Positions 24,276 to 37,247 are shown, counted from the first letter of the stretch. The stretch is 64,000 bases of DNA from Phoronis australis (GCA_002633005.1 NMRA01000059.1:4853-68852); one strand, 5' to 3'. Numbers and translations are program-made. Notes: generated from the letters alone by a model not told the origin.

Positions 24276-26120
24276 ACAAGAGCAACGCGGAGCGTTGAAA
24301 TGCGCCCACGAATGCATCACAAATGGTGTGCTTTTAGGGTTGTTTATTTGTGTCATAAAAATGGCCATTAGATGGCGCGAAAACGTACAATCCATCCGAA
24401 AATGGAAACATGTCATTGCTTCTTTATAGAAAGCTATACACCAAATTTCGTAGAAATCCATCACGGAACTTCAGAGAAACAAAGGAAAACAGACTGAAAT
24501 GAAATTGCCACTAGAGGGCACATTGTTCATTGGATCTGCCTGAATGTCGTCATTGTCTGTTGTTAGCTTAATGTAAATACACTTACTAATTAAATTTAAT
24601 ATGGATCCTGCAAAGGGTTTAGGAGATACAGCTACAGGCACAAAACAAAACAAAGCTACCACTAGGAGCCACAGCAGTCAAAGTTGTCATCCTTAACTGT
24701 CCTCTTCACACTGAGAACGTATACGCCATTTTTCAAAACCATCCTTAGAATGATTTGGTTGATAGTGAGGTAAAAAAAGAGCAAAAACAGCCACTAGGTT
24801 GCGCAAAATACCTTCATTCCATCCGAAAACGGAAGTATAGCATCATCTCACCAATAGATGCCCATATTAAAAATTTTATGAAAATCCGTTAAGGACCTTT
24901 GAAGATACAGAGGTAAATGTAAAACTAAAATTGCCAACAGGGGGAACACCAGTAGTCAGAACCATCCGGGAATCATCGTTGTCCGTTGTCAACATCATAT
25001 GAACACACTTGTTAAAATTAGTAAAGATCCTGCAAACGGATTAGGAGATACAGCCATAAGTGCAAAAAACAAAATTCCCACTAAGAGAAGCCACAGTATT
25101 CAGTGATCAGAAATCCTCGTCACACGTCCAGTTCATAGCAAAAGCATATATGCCAATTTTCCCAATTATCCAGAAAGCGGTTAGGTTGATTGAGGGGTGG
25201 ACGCCAAAAAACAGACTCAAAAACAGTAAATATGGCCACTACGTGGTGCAAACAAGGTTGAATCCATCTGAAAACGGAAAGATATAAACACCTCACTGAC
25301 AGAAGACTGTACACCAAATTTTATGAAAATACGTTGAGGACCTTTGAAGATACAGAGGTAAACGTAAAAAAATAAAATTGCCAAAAGGTGGCACACCAGA
25401 AGTCAGATCTGTCTGAGTCGTTGTCGTCCGTTGCCATCATCATATAAATGCACTTATTAAATTTCGTAAAGTTCTGGCTAACGGTTTAGGAGATATAGCG
25501 ATAGGCACAAAAAAAACTGCCACTAGGAGGTACCACAGTAGTCGAAGTCGTCGGAAAATCATCACCAACTGTCCTCTTTATAGTAAGGACATACACACCA
25601 ATTTTCACAATCATGCTTAGAGCGGTTTGGTTGATAGAGGGGTGGACACTAAAAAACAGACTCGAAAACAGTAAAAATGGCCACTAGGTGGCGCAAACTA
25701 AGTCGAATCCATCCAAAAATGGGTGGATATCGTCATCTCACTAATAGATGCCTATATACCAATTTTGTGAAAATATGCTGAGGGCCCTCTTGGAAAGCAG
25801 TACTATCACTGAAGAGGCCACTCTCATTTTAAATATCACAATAATTAATAAATAAATAAATAACAAATAAATAAATAAATAAATAACAGACCTTTGGAAA
25901 TACAGAGGTAAACGTAAAAAATTAAAATTGCCACTAGGGGGAACACCCACAGTCGGATACGTCCGAACGTTCGCTCATGCTTTTCCATCCATGAAAGGAA
26001 CATGTGCAAAACTTCATGAACATATGTCAATGGGTTTTGGAGATAGAGCAGCGAACGCTGGACAGACGCCGGACGGACGCACCCGAACGGATGGACGGAC
26101 GGACAGTTCACGGCATAAAA
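24276..26120 (+). mobile_element. Helentron-associated interspersed element (HINE)-like non-autonomous element with internal ~145-bp satellite array
   Basis: 5' aacaagagcaacgcggagcgttg (short hairpin), internal ~145-bp subunits in ~435-bp higher-order repeats, (GGAC)n microsatellite at 26060-26105, A-rich end. Confidence 0.65.
25783..25886 (+). mobile_element. Retroposon (SINE/LINE) 3' end with (TAAA)n tail inserted into the HINE
   Basis: gggccctcttggaaagcagtactatcactgaagaggccactctc..aaatat..(taaa)n; related copy on minus at ~27000-27082. Confidence 0.6.
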
Positions 26121-26317
26121 ATCAAAAAAATCATCCATGACAAAAAATGTCACATTTCTGCACAGGAAAAACAGCACTTCTCTAATATCAAATCCGGTAC
26201 CTTCCATATAATGAAATAGAAGGTGTATAGAGACCAGATGTTAAGGACAATAAATAAACTTGCAATTTAAGTAATTTTGTCTAGTACATCAGGAAATGCT
26301 TTTTGAATAGTAAAACA

Positions 26318-26442
26318 AAGGTGTCACTGCTGTAGTTGTACAAAGGTGTCACTGCTGTAGTTGTACAAAGGTGTCACTGCTGCAGTTGTACAAAGGTGTC
26401 ACTGCTGTGGTTGTACAAAGGTGTCACTCCTGTAGTTGTATA
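26318..26442. repeat. 25-bp tandem repeat, 5 copies
   Basis: ggtgtcactgctgtagttgtacaaa. Confidence 0.95.
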
Positions 26443-28379
26443 AATCAGTTTGAAGAGATGAAGGTGTTGGGAGATATGTAAATGGATATATCTTGGATGT
26501 ATGGTTGAATTACTGAATGAAATCTCTTCAAAAGGACTTGTTGATTTTTTTCTGAAAATCAAATCCCAATATCCAACTATTTTGATCAAAGTAATCACAA
26601 CTTCACTACATTCTAAATGATTTGAAGCAGAAAGAAATCACATTTCCAACCGCTACCATCACCTTAAGTTTTCACAGATGACAGGATATACAAGCATGGC
26701 TGCTTATGGTCAGTACAATAAAACGCATAGAAATAGTTGAAGGTTGATAAAATTGTGTGCTATTTGTTTTTTAATAGAAGTTTCTGGTTTATGTATTATT
26801 TGAAGATATTTTAGCTTTGATTTTGGAGACATTCTTCCAAATTAATGATTTCAGGCTATGTATGACACACTTCAACTTAGAGGTAACTTCTGAGCTTGCA
26901 AGGAACTGACAATTGATGAGTGCTTGATGCTCAACTAACACACTTATCATTACGAACATTTATACACTGAGCATGCTCTTTGAACAATAACGCAACTGTC
27001 ATTTTATTATTATTTTTATTAATGTAATATTTACAATGAGGGTAGCCCCATCAGTGCACACTGCTTTCCATGGGGGTCCTCATGTCCATTGCTTTATGTT
27101 TGCAAACCCAGACATTACCACAGGAGACAGCAACCAAAGTCATCAGATAACAAGGGGCTAAGAACAATATAGCCGAAATCATTAATACTCTGACCTCACT
27201 GCAAAATCTAATGCTTGTACTCTTGTGAACATCGAGGCAAAAATGGCGCGAGAGACCAAATTAGCACTCATTACCGTAGTCTGAAGGAGGGGCCACCTAT
27301 TGGACTCTGAAAGAAACTGAACCAAGACACTGTAACAGCTCCCTCTGCTGCTTTCCACAACAAGATCAGCAGCTCTGGTCACAGACAGTGACCACCATGT
27401 CTACTGCCAGCTAGAAATGGTGGTCACTATCTACTCTGGTCACAGACAGTGACCACCATCTCTACTGCTAGATAGGCATGGTGGTCACAGACAGTGACCA
27501 CCATCTCTACTGCCAGCTAGAGACGGTGGTCAATATCTGCTCTGGTTATTCTCAAAAATTAACTTTGTTATGGCCAGTTCAGACGGTAGTACTGTTTGAC
27601 TCATCTTGATTCCTGATTGTTTTCAACCTACCAGCGCTAAAGGCTTGTGCACATTTTATGTATAGGCAACACGCAGCCAATCAGCTGGCTGTACAGAGGT
27701 CTGCTGTGAAACGTGCTTCCGGTGAATCATATCTGAGCAACAATTGGCATAGTCGGCAAGCGGATGATATACCGATGAAGTACTATAGGGACCCTCGGAC
27801 TTCAGACAGCACGCTTTATGGTGATTCTAGACCAGGAGTCGAGGACCTTAGTGTGAGACAATCTTGGGGTTCGTCTGTCCGGCAGCTATCCTGGTGAGGT
27901 AAAAGTCCAGGAGTAAAATCTTGTGACGTTCCAGGAGTAGAATCTTGTGTTCATCTGCCAGGTAGCGCGCCTGTTCATAGGAAAGGGGGTTATGTTGTGA
28001 AACGTGTTTCTGGTGAATCATCTATGAGCCTCTGTTAGTCACTCGCTAACGGGCCATTGCCGCTTAGCTGAATGGTCAGCACACTCGCTGGTTAAATCAG
28101 GGTCGCTTGTTCAATTTCCAAGGTTGAGTAATCTCGCCTGTTATGACAGGTCCTTGTATGGCTGCGTCATACAGCATACAGGGCGATTAATTGTTTGTTG
28201 TCATAGACATAACTCTAAATTGCTAAATTAAATAACAACAATTTGTCTCTGGGGTGACGTGTACTAGATTGGCGCTTTAAGAATGAAAAGAAACCCTCAA
28301 GAGCACAACATGAGTGAAATTAGACAAGACTCAGTTCTTAAGGGTTGGTTTACCGACAAGACTGAAATTGATTTGTTAC

Positions 28380-28415
28380 CCAGGAAAACACAACTTGTTT
28401 GCTGGTGGCTTCCAT
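28380..28415 (-). CDS. SERGEF: SERGEF exon 1
   Basis: aaaATG GAA GCC...MEATSKQVVFSW|GTAAC; phase 0 joins W to GANSYGQLG. Confidence 0.85.
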
Positions 28416-28689
28416 TTTGAAAAGTCCCGTATGTGAAAATATGTCACATGATTGAGCTGCTCTTTTGCGAACCTTTGTCGTTGAGCAAGGCTGATGGCTG
28501 TTCCACAGCCTCCCACTGGAAATGCTTACCTATTTCATTTCTGAAATATTTTTTATCAAAAATCAGTGAACTAAATACTTAAGCATGTTTATAAGTACAT
28601 ATTTCAATTATAAATGTACCATTTACTCATATATAGAGCTATTTCCAAAGTACTTAATTTTTCAGAGGGAGTAATAATTTCATTGAAAA

Positions 28690-29090
28690 GAAGAGCACCA
28701 ATGGACAAGAAGCTTTGACGGTCGTCCGCAGTTGATTCGTTGTCCATTTGAGCCGGATTTTCAGAACCAATCAACTCCGATTAGGATAAAATTTGGCCAA
28801 TGTAAGTTCACCTCAACATTTTGTGTTTACTACTAGTTCTTGTGTACATGTGCTTGTTGTTCATATTCGGATGAGTTATTAGGAAAAGGAGCTAATGTCA
28901 ACATGTAAAACATTGAAATTCGTTATGACATCCCGCCAGCCTATGTACCTAAATACCACGCACATTGCTCCGAGATTTTGCACTCACATTTGGTTGGCAT
29001 TTGACCTGTTCAGTCAATGCCGTAGCCGCAGGCTTTACTTGTTAAAGTTTATAGCCAATGGACCAGTTTTGCGACTCGATTGGGCAGTTG
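28690..29090. promoter_or_regulatory. CCAAT-box cluster; candidate bidirectional promoter for SERGEF and NFYA
   Basis: CCAAT near 28698, 28767 (gaaccaatca), 28797, 29054 (agccaatgg) and ATTGG near 29080, within ~700 bp of the SERGEF ATG. Confidence 0.5.
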
Positions 29091-29780
29091 AAGTAGTTCT
29101 TTGTACTCACTCCTAACCTCGATACATTTCACCATTGAGTAGTTCAGTCTTCCTGACCTGGATATCAGTGGCAAAGCGCCAAAATGCAGTTGTTCTGCAT
29201 GTTCTGCGCTCTGATAATTCACAGAAAAAACAAAAATATACGCTATTACAATCCCAGTAGCTTCATTTAATGAAAATTGTGTTTTATATTGGAAATAGTA
29301 CTACTACAACACTTAATTCCATCAGAGAATAGTTCGTCTTGTAATGAAGACAGAATAATTAGGCTTTGCTCAAGACTTTAAACATACATGTGGCTCAGAA
29401 CATTTCAAACAAATTGCTCAAGATTTCCAAACCGGACTCAGTGTAGCAGTGCCATCATTTTGTTTGAATGAATATGTAAGAAATATAGAACACCCAACCA
29501 CCAGTGTCCATCTTTGGTCAACACCTTGTCAGGTGTCTGTATCTGCATTACAGTCTTGGTCCCTTAAAGACTGTATTCAAAACAACTTGTGACAGGTCGA
29601 TGGCATGGGGTGTACCGCCCGTCATCTTTGCTTTGGAATACAGTGTATGAGTGTGTATTGACTCATGCACCTATGTCAGAATTATGTGATGTGTTTTTAA
29701 AAAGGTATTTTTGCTCAAGTGTTTTGTGCGTATATATATATAAGCTTCAGAGGCACATTACCTCATCACTTGTATATGTG

Positions 29781-30900
29781 TAGTAGTAGTAGTAGTAATA
29801 ATCTTTATTTAAAAGTCGGTGAGATCATTCGTTAGCACAAGTGCTATTATCCGACAAATTTAAAATCTACAAAATGAAAACACAGAACTAAAATACAAGC
29901 TAATTCTGCAGTACAGAGAATATACAGAACTAAACATGAATATACTGTAGTACAAAAGTACACATACATGTTATGGAGTGTGTAGACATCCGTAGCATCC
30001 GAGAGTCATCTGAGTGAAGAACCGACATCACTGCACGAGGTACATCCCATCACTACACAAGGTACATCCCATCACTACACAAGGTACATCCCATCACTAC
30101 ACAAGGTACATCCCATCACTACACAAGGTACATCCCATCACTGCACAAGGTACATCCCATCACTACACAAGGTACATCCCATCACTACACGAGGTACATC
30201 CCATCACTACACAAGGTACATCCCCATAAACATTCCATCCCCTGAAGAAGTACATCCTGAAGTGTGTAGATGCTGACAGTTCCAATCAGTGGCTGATTTA
30301 CTAGCCTTCTGTTTCTTACATAAAGTCTTGATTTTCTGCAAGCAGCCCATCCAACTCTTAACTCACGAAGTCGTTCCAAATGATAATGTTCCGATTCCTC
30401 TTGGTCCTTCTTCAGCTTCTCCCTGACCATATTCACAATTTCCGGTTTATCAGGACACAGCTTCCCTTCTGGTTTTGCTTTCCCAGCCATGACAGCTCAT
30501 TATCATGTTCATTCCACCTACTCCAGCATGGCCTGGGGTAAATATCCAGGTGATCTTTTTCAATGTTGCCTTTGTTAGGTGCTCAGTCCATTCAGCTCTC
30601 AAATGTCCACTTTCAATTTTCTTCAGAGTACTGTGAATCTGTAACAAAGATCACATGTGCTTGCCGAGTTGTTGTGACCCACTCAAGAGTTTTCACGAGA
30701 GCAGATCTCAGAGAAAAAATCATGAGCAAGAGTGGCAAATTCATTTAAGGCAGTACATTGTCTCATTACTGATGGCAATGAGTTCCACAGCAAAGTACCT
30801 TTATGGGAGATTGAGTTACACCCGTAAGTCATGGTATTAAAGCGTTTCACATAGAGCCAGTTAAACATCTGAGACCGTATCCATGTACTTAGGAGGCATG
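29781..30900 (-). mobile_element. Composite decayed non-LTR retrotransposon remnants (LINE RT 3' end with AATAAA-(TAC)n tail, interrupted by an RNase H-bearing LINE fragment at ~30230-30650)
   Basis: YGCNSISHKGTLLWNSLP..C..LNEF (30683-30868); TDS.STLKKIE..ITWIFTPGHAGVGG (RNase HI motif WxPGHxGxxGNExAD, frameshifted); tail at 29781-29860. Confidence 0.75.
30027..30224. repeat. 22-bp tandem repeat, about 9 copies
   Basis: aaggtacatcccatcactacac. Confidence 0.95.
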
Positions 30901-31796
30901 TAAAACACTTTTAGTAAAAGTGTATTACAAAAACTTAAAATTAAAAAGTATGTGGGTGGAAATTGACTTATTTCTATAGCAAAATGTTAATCAGTGCCAT
31001 AACAATTCTGTATGTAGAGATACCGGCACATCAGTGGGTCTACATACACAAGTATGCGGTATGCAACAGTCATAACAACTTTGTTGAGGTAGTATCTTCT
31101 CACATCGTGTGCACACCCTCTAGTGGTAATAAAGAGAGTTAATACCAACAGGAAGCAGTGTGGCTGACATGTCACCTTAGTGCAAAACAAGTTTGACGTA
31201 GGTGATGTCATAGGTCCAACAAGTTTGACGTAGGTGATGTCATAGGTCCAACAAGTTTGACGTAGGTGATGTCATAGGTCCAACAAGTTTGACGTGGGTG
31301 ATGTCACAGGTCCAACATTCTGCATGCTTCACAGGGTTCATAAAGTTTTGTGAATCCATACGAGAAGTTCTTGTCTTATCGCATTTAGCCAAATAACTAT
31401 AATTAAAATATATACAATTAAATAATTCTGTTTGTAAAAATAGAAAGATTCTGAAATCTGAGTTGACTTTATACCACTCTGCCATTGGGTCATGTGATCC
31501 TGTATAATAAAGGTACATTAGTAACAAAACAATGTTATGTCAAGATGATCAAATGTCTTGTGTTATTTCTATATAAAATGTCAAGAATTATGTTAGTTTT
31601 TTTTAATTATTTAATTATTAATTTTTGTTTTTGGTATGTGACCTTATTTTTTCATAAAAATGCTAAACATCTTATTTTGTTAGTCCTTCGTGCAAAAGTG
31701 GAAAAATTTGAAAGAAAGTTTTTTGGGGGAGTAGTGCATAAAGCGTGAAATGTACATTTGAGTCAATTCAGTCAGATGGGACATGATGTTCTAAAT
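30285..31796 (+). repeat. Copy 1 of a ~1.5-kb direct duplication
   Basis: Near-identical to 32194-33717 from cagtggctgatttactagcc to gacatgatgttctaaa. Confidence 0.95.
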
Positions 31797-31874
31797 ATAT
31801 ATATATATATATTTATTCAATAACTAGGCCTCCGGCCCTTGTTACAATCAAATCATCAAATACAATAAAGGTAA

Positions 31875-32190
31875 GTGTCAAACACTAGAAGTAAACCGAA
31901 TTCTTCTTCGCTTGAATGCGAATGCTGCTGGCCCGCAAACACAACCTCGAGCAGACTGCATCCCAACTGGCGGAGTTCAATGATGGCAGCCGACTGCTCG
32001 AAGCCGGTATCATTTATGGCCATGCTGCGAAGAGTCACAAGAAGAGCCGTGCCCGAGTGTTGTCAAATCAAATGCTTACAGGCAACGTCAGCCCTGGAGT
32101 TCTGCGCCTTCTGCTGTCACGGGGATGGTCTGGGGAGGGGAATAGTGCATCAGCATATCCCCAATGATCCTGTCCGTGACAGGTATTACA
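31875..32190 (+). mobile_element. LINE fragment (post-RNase H region), distant relative of 30230-30490 in opposite orientation
   Basis: RLLEAGIIYGHAAKSHKKSRARVLSNQMLTGNVSPGVLRLLLSRG aligns by eye with RLRELRVGWAACRKSRLYVRNRRLVNQPLIGTVSIYTLQDVLLQG. Confidence 0.55.
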
Positions 32191-32193
32191 GGN

Positions 32194-33717
32194 CAGTGGC
32201 TGATTTACTAGCCTTCTGTTTCTTACACAAAGTCTTGATTTTCTGCAAGCAGCCCATCCAACTCCTAACTCACGAAGTCGTTCCAAATGATGATGTTCCG
32301 ATTCCTCTTGGTCCTTCTTCAACTTCTCCCGGACCATATTCACAATTTCCGGTTTATCAGGACACAGCTTCCCTTCTGGTTTTGCTTTCCCAGCCAGCTC
32401 ATCAGCATGTTCATTCCACCTACTCCAGCATGGCCTGGGGTAAATATCCAGGTGATCTTTTTCAAAGTTGCCTTTGTTAGGTGCTCAGTCCATTCAGCTC
32501 TCAAATGTCCATTTTCAATTTTCTTCAGAGTACTGTGAATCTGTAACAAAGATCACATGTGCTTGCCAAGTTGTTGTCACCCACTCAAGAGTTTTCACGA
32601 GAGCAGATCTCAGAGAAAAAATCATGAGCAAGAGTGGCAAATTCATTTAAGGCAGTACATTGTCTCATTACTGATGGCAATGAGTTCCACAGCAAAGTAC
32701 CTTTATGGGAGATTGAGTTACACCCGTAAGTCATGGTATTAAAGCGTTTCACATAGAGCCAGTTAAACGTCTGAGACCGTATCCATATACTTAGGAGGCA
32801 TGTAAAACACTTTTAGTAAAAGTGTATTACAAAAACTTAAAATTAAAAAGTACGTGGGTGAAACTTGACTTATTTCTATAGCAAAATGTTAATCAGTGCC
32901 ATAACAATTCTGTATGTAGAGATACCGGCACATCAGTGGGTCTACATACACAAGTATACGGTATGCAACAGTCATAACAACTGTGTTGAGTCAGTATCTT
33001 CTCACATCGTGTGCACACCCTCTAGTGGTAATAAACAGAGTTAATACCAACAGGAAGCAGTGTGGCTGACATGTCACCTTAGTGCAAAACAAGTTTGACG
33101 TAGGTGATGTCATAGGTCTAACAAGTTTGACGTAGGTGATGTCATAGGTCCAACAAGTTTGACGTAGGTAATGTCATAGGACCAACAAGTTTGACGTAGG
33201 TGATGTCACAGGTCCAACATTCTGCATGCTTCACAGGGTTCATAAAGTGTTGTGAATCCATACGAGATGTTCATGTCTGATCGCATTTAGCCAAATAACT
33301 ATAATTAAAAAATATACAATTAAATAATTCTGTTTGTAAAAATATATATTTTCTAACTGTACAGAAAGATTCTGAAATCTGAGTTGACTTTATACCACCC
33401 TGGCATTGGGTCATGTGATCCTGTATAATAAAAGTACATTAGTAACAAAACAATGGTAGGTCAAGATGATCAAATGTCTTGTGTTATTTCAATATGAAAT
33501 GTCAAGAATTATATTAGTTTTTTTTTAATTATTTAATTATTATTTTTTGTTTTTGGTATGTGACCTTATTTTTTCATAAAAATGATAAAAGTCTTATTTT
33601 GTTAGTCCTTCGTGCAATAGTGGAAAAATTTGAAAGAAAGTTTTTTGGGGGAGTAGTGCATAAAGTGTGAAATGTACATTTGAGTCGATTCAGTCACATG
33701 AGACATGATGTTCTAAA
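32194..33717 (+). repeat. Copy 2 of the ~1.5-kb direct duplication (starts right after an N)
   Basis: Includes a second RNase H/RT remnant and a 32-bp minisatellite. Confidence 0.95.
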
Positions 33718-34471
33718 GTTAACCAAATTTGGACATCTCGGTTACAATGTACACATGACCTGCAAAACTATTGGACTTGGCAGCTTAACTTTTCAGTAAC
33801 ATCGTAGGAAAAAATTTGTACTGGCATTTATTTTGTCAGTGGTTGATAAAGACTCACATAGAAATTACTTCTGCACATGTCATATTGTTATTTAATTATA
33901 AAACTGAAACTTTCGTTGAATTAGGCCTACCTCTCTGTGTATGCTGAAAGTCGTATTGAATATAAAACTGAGACCTTTGTTGAAACTGTAAGTTTTGTGT
34001 CAATGTCAGGACTTTTTTGAGCGAATAAGTATTATGTTCATTGTTTTAAGTTAATTCATTTTAAAATATTTTACCCACAATCCTTTGAAATGTTGTACCC
34101 ACAATCCTTTCCTTTTGATCATCAGATTGACATTGAATGCCCTGCTTCTCTCTATTATTTCCTTACATAGTCTCCAAAACAGCAACCATACTCAAGTGCA
34201 GGTGTACTCAACAATATGTTGAACATGATCTGCTACTGACAACTTATGATGTTACTGATCATCACTGTTGACTAGCTATAAGTTCCCACCCTTGTAGGGA
34301 ACAAGCAAGACCAAAGCGATCCCATTTGCTGGGAGCTTCTATGGGTTTTCCCAATTTAATATCTCTGCAGACGGTCTTCAACCCTCCAAAAATCTTATTA
34401 ATTGATTTAGAAATGAATAAAAATCTTTTCGGATTGTTTTCTTGTTCATGTATTTGTTAAATATGTTTATA

Positions 34472-34760
34472 GAGGGTCCCCAGCACAGTCCATGAGGGCA
34501 CCCTGCACAGTGCATGAGGGTAGCCTGCACAGTGCATGAGGGTCCCCAGCACAGTCTATGAGGGTACCCTGTACAGTCCATGAGTGTACCCTGCACTGTC
34601 CATTAGGGTCCCCTGCATAGCCCATGAGGGTACCCTGCACAGTCCATAGTTGTACCCTGTACAGTCCATGAGTGCACCCTGTACACTCCATGAGGGTACC
34701 TTGCACAGTCCACGAGTGTACTCTTCACAGTCCATTAGGGTAGCCTGTACAGTCCATGTA
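34472..34760. repeat. Degenerate 22-bp tandem repeat
   Basis: gagggtaccctgcacagtccat-like units. Confidence 0.9.
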
Positions 34761-37026
34761 AAATTATAAGTTGCAATGATAACAATGTATCTCAATGAAT
34801 AGAATGAACAAAATAAGAAATGTGATAAGACATGGAGTGCAAATGTAGATATTAGTGGATAGCCATACTCAGGTGTGTTGGTCTTCACAGTCAAGCTTCT
34901 TCGTTAGATCTAGAATGGCACTCACTCACCAACACCTGACTTGTATATAGACACATCTCTCAATAAAGTGTATGATTTTCTATTTGTTCTTTCCTATTTT
35001 GTTCAAAACATTCTCCATGCGTGTCCTATCACTAGTGCCGTTGTATTAGTAACTGTCGCCTCTGTTAACTCAACTACTCTTAATAAACTCTTCTGTTGCA
35101 AACTTTGGTAGAGTTCTAAACAAAAAGTTCTTTGAAAGGAATTAATAATAAATCTTTAGGCTCACCACATGTATCTGCTCTATGTGAGCACTATACAGAG
35201 GGTCAAATACTTATGTCCAAGTATCTTAACTTTCCGTACCAGCAAACCATTAACATTTGGTGACAGGGCCTTATTTATATGGCTGTTAGACGTGACCAGG
35301 TAGATTGCCTTTCCGGGCCTCTTGATTTCTGTTCTCATCCCCTCATATCAAACAAGTTGACAGTCAAGACAAGATGTATCTTTTTAAATTGCTAACATAT
35401 CAAACACAGTTTTATGAAATATGAACCCCACATTTAAATGAACACCCTCCTTATATTTGTATAGTACTCTTTCTTTGGAAATAAAATCGTTGCTATTTGT
35501 TTTGTTTAATAATGTTTACTTTTTTCTTTAAGAAGTAGATTGTTTCTATTAGTTTTATTCTTTATTGTTTTAATTGCAAGGTTTAAAATCAAAGCTTTGA
35601 ATATTAACATTTGAAATTGTTTATTAAATTATGGTGTTTTCAACAGTAAGAATGTCACTTAAATGGAGTATATAGAACTTTAGAGTGAACTCAATTATTT
35701 TCTGCAATCCAATGAAATAAGCTGAATATTATCTTGTTTTTACTGTTTCAAATAAAATAAACCCAATCAGTAAGTGATTGTAAAGAGAAAAATGCTAGTG
35801 TAGGCACACAAGGCCCTCAATTCTTCAATTTTGTGGCCAAATATCATCCCCATTACCCTCTGAAAAATATTTACTGGTAAAAATTACACGACATTCCCTT
35901 CATAAGGTCCATATTCCCCTCAAGGGATTAAAAAATTCCCAGCTTATTGCAACAGCACAAAAATCCAGTATTGTCTACTTGAGGCAGACCCAATGAGGGT
36001 TGGCGACGGGCTGAATGCTATTGATGATGGCAAGGGTAAAATTTTCCCATGACCCCAAAATTCACCTCTCAGGTACAGGCAGTTTTCCTGACAGGTGAAC
36101 GAGGGCCTTAGCACACTACACCATGTGATTCCCTTGCCAAATATCCCATGTGCAGTTGATGCTTTAGTGTATAAAATTTTAGAAGGCCTCAATTTCCTTT
36201 GCCTTGGGTTAACTAGAATATAAAAAAGCTTTTCAATAATTGCTTGTTTCCGTGGGCTTGAACAAACAGTAGATTAGTGGTTTCACCTGTGACCTGTTGA
36301 CTCATGTCGTGACTGAAACTGAAATCCCCGGTCACCATGCTACCATTTGTCAATATGTAGGTGGATGTTACATACTTATGAGCTCATATGATTAAAAATA
36401 TTTGACATGTGACCACTAGGTAATTTATAATAGGCCAAGTGCCGTGCCCATTATACTATTCATTTTGTAATTTCTCTTGCGATTGGTGTGTCAGTGAAGA
36501 TCAAGGCATGACTCTTGTGAAACATTTTCGCTCTTCAGACCAACTTAGAGCCAATTCTCTTTCAAGCATACATGTAGGTTGCTTTTGATTTATCATTTGA
36601 TAACATTGGGGTCTTTGTAATGTTTTCCTGATTATGGCACCATCTGTATTCTAAAGTGTTGCTTTGTATTGTTCCCAACACCACTAGCCATGTCTCTTCA
36701 GTTGTCCAATGCCCTGTTCCCACCAAGTTCAATTTAGTACAAAGGGAAGCATTCATGTAAACTGGGAATTTATCTTGAGCTTTCTCATTGGCTTTGGTAG
36801 TTAATGGACATGGTAACTATGGATAGGTGATGTTATCATGGTCTAAGTTATCACAAGGTGGTGTGTCACCATTGTCACATCAATGACCCTTCCAATAACT
36901 TTGATGGACACTGAGCACATATCCATGCTTTGTTGTTAAAACTCAAATTTGCCGATTTAACACAAAATGAACTTGATGTCTCAAGGTTATGTAGGATCCT
37001 AGGAAAATGTCCAATGACGGTCAAGT

Positions 37027-37247
37027 TCAGAGTATTATATCAGAGCATTACATCAGAGCATTATATCAGAGCATTATATCGGAGCATTATATCGGAGCAT
37101 TATATCGGAGCATAATATCGGAGCATTATATCGGAGCATTTAATTATGTCAGAGCATTATATCGGAGCATTATATCGGAGCATTATATCGGAGCATTATA
37201 TCGGAGCATTATATCAGAGCATTATATCAGAGCATTATATCAGAGCA
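37027..37247. repeat. 13-bp tandem repeat
   Basis: (tcggagcattata)n. Confidence 0.95.
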
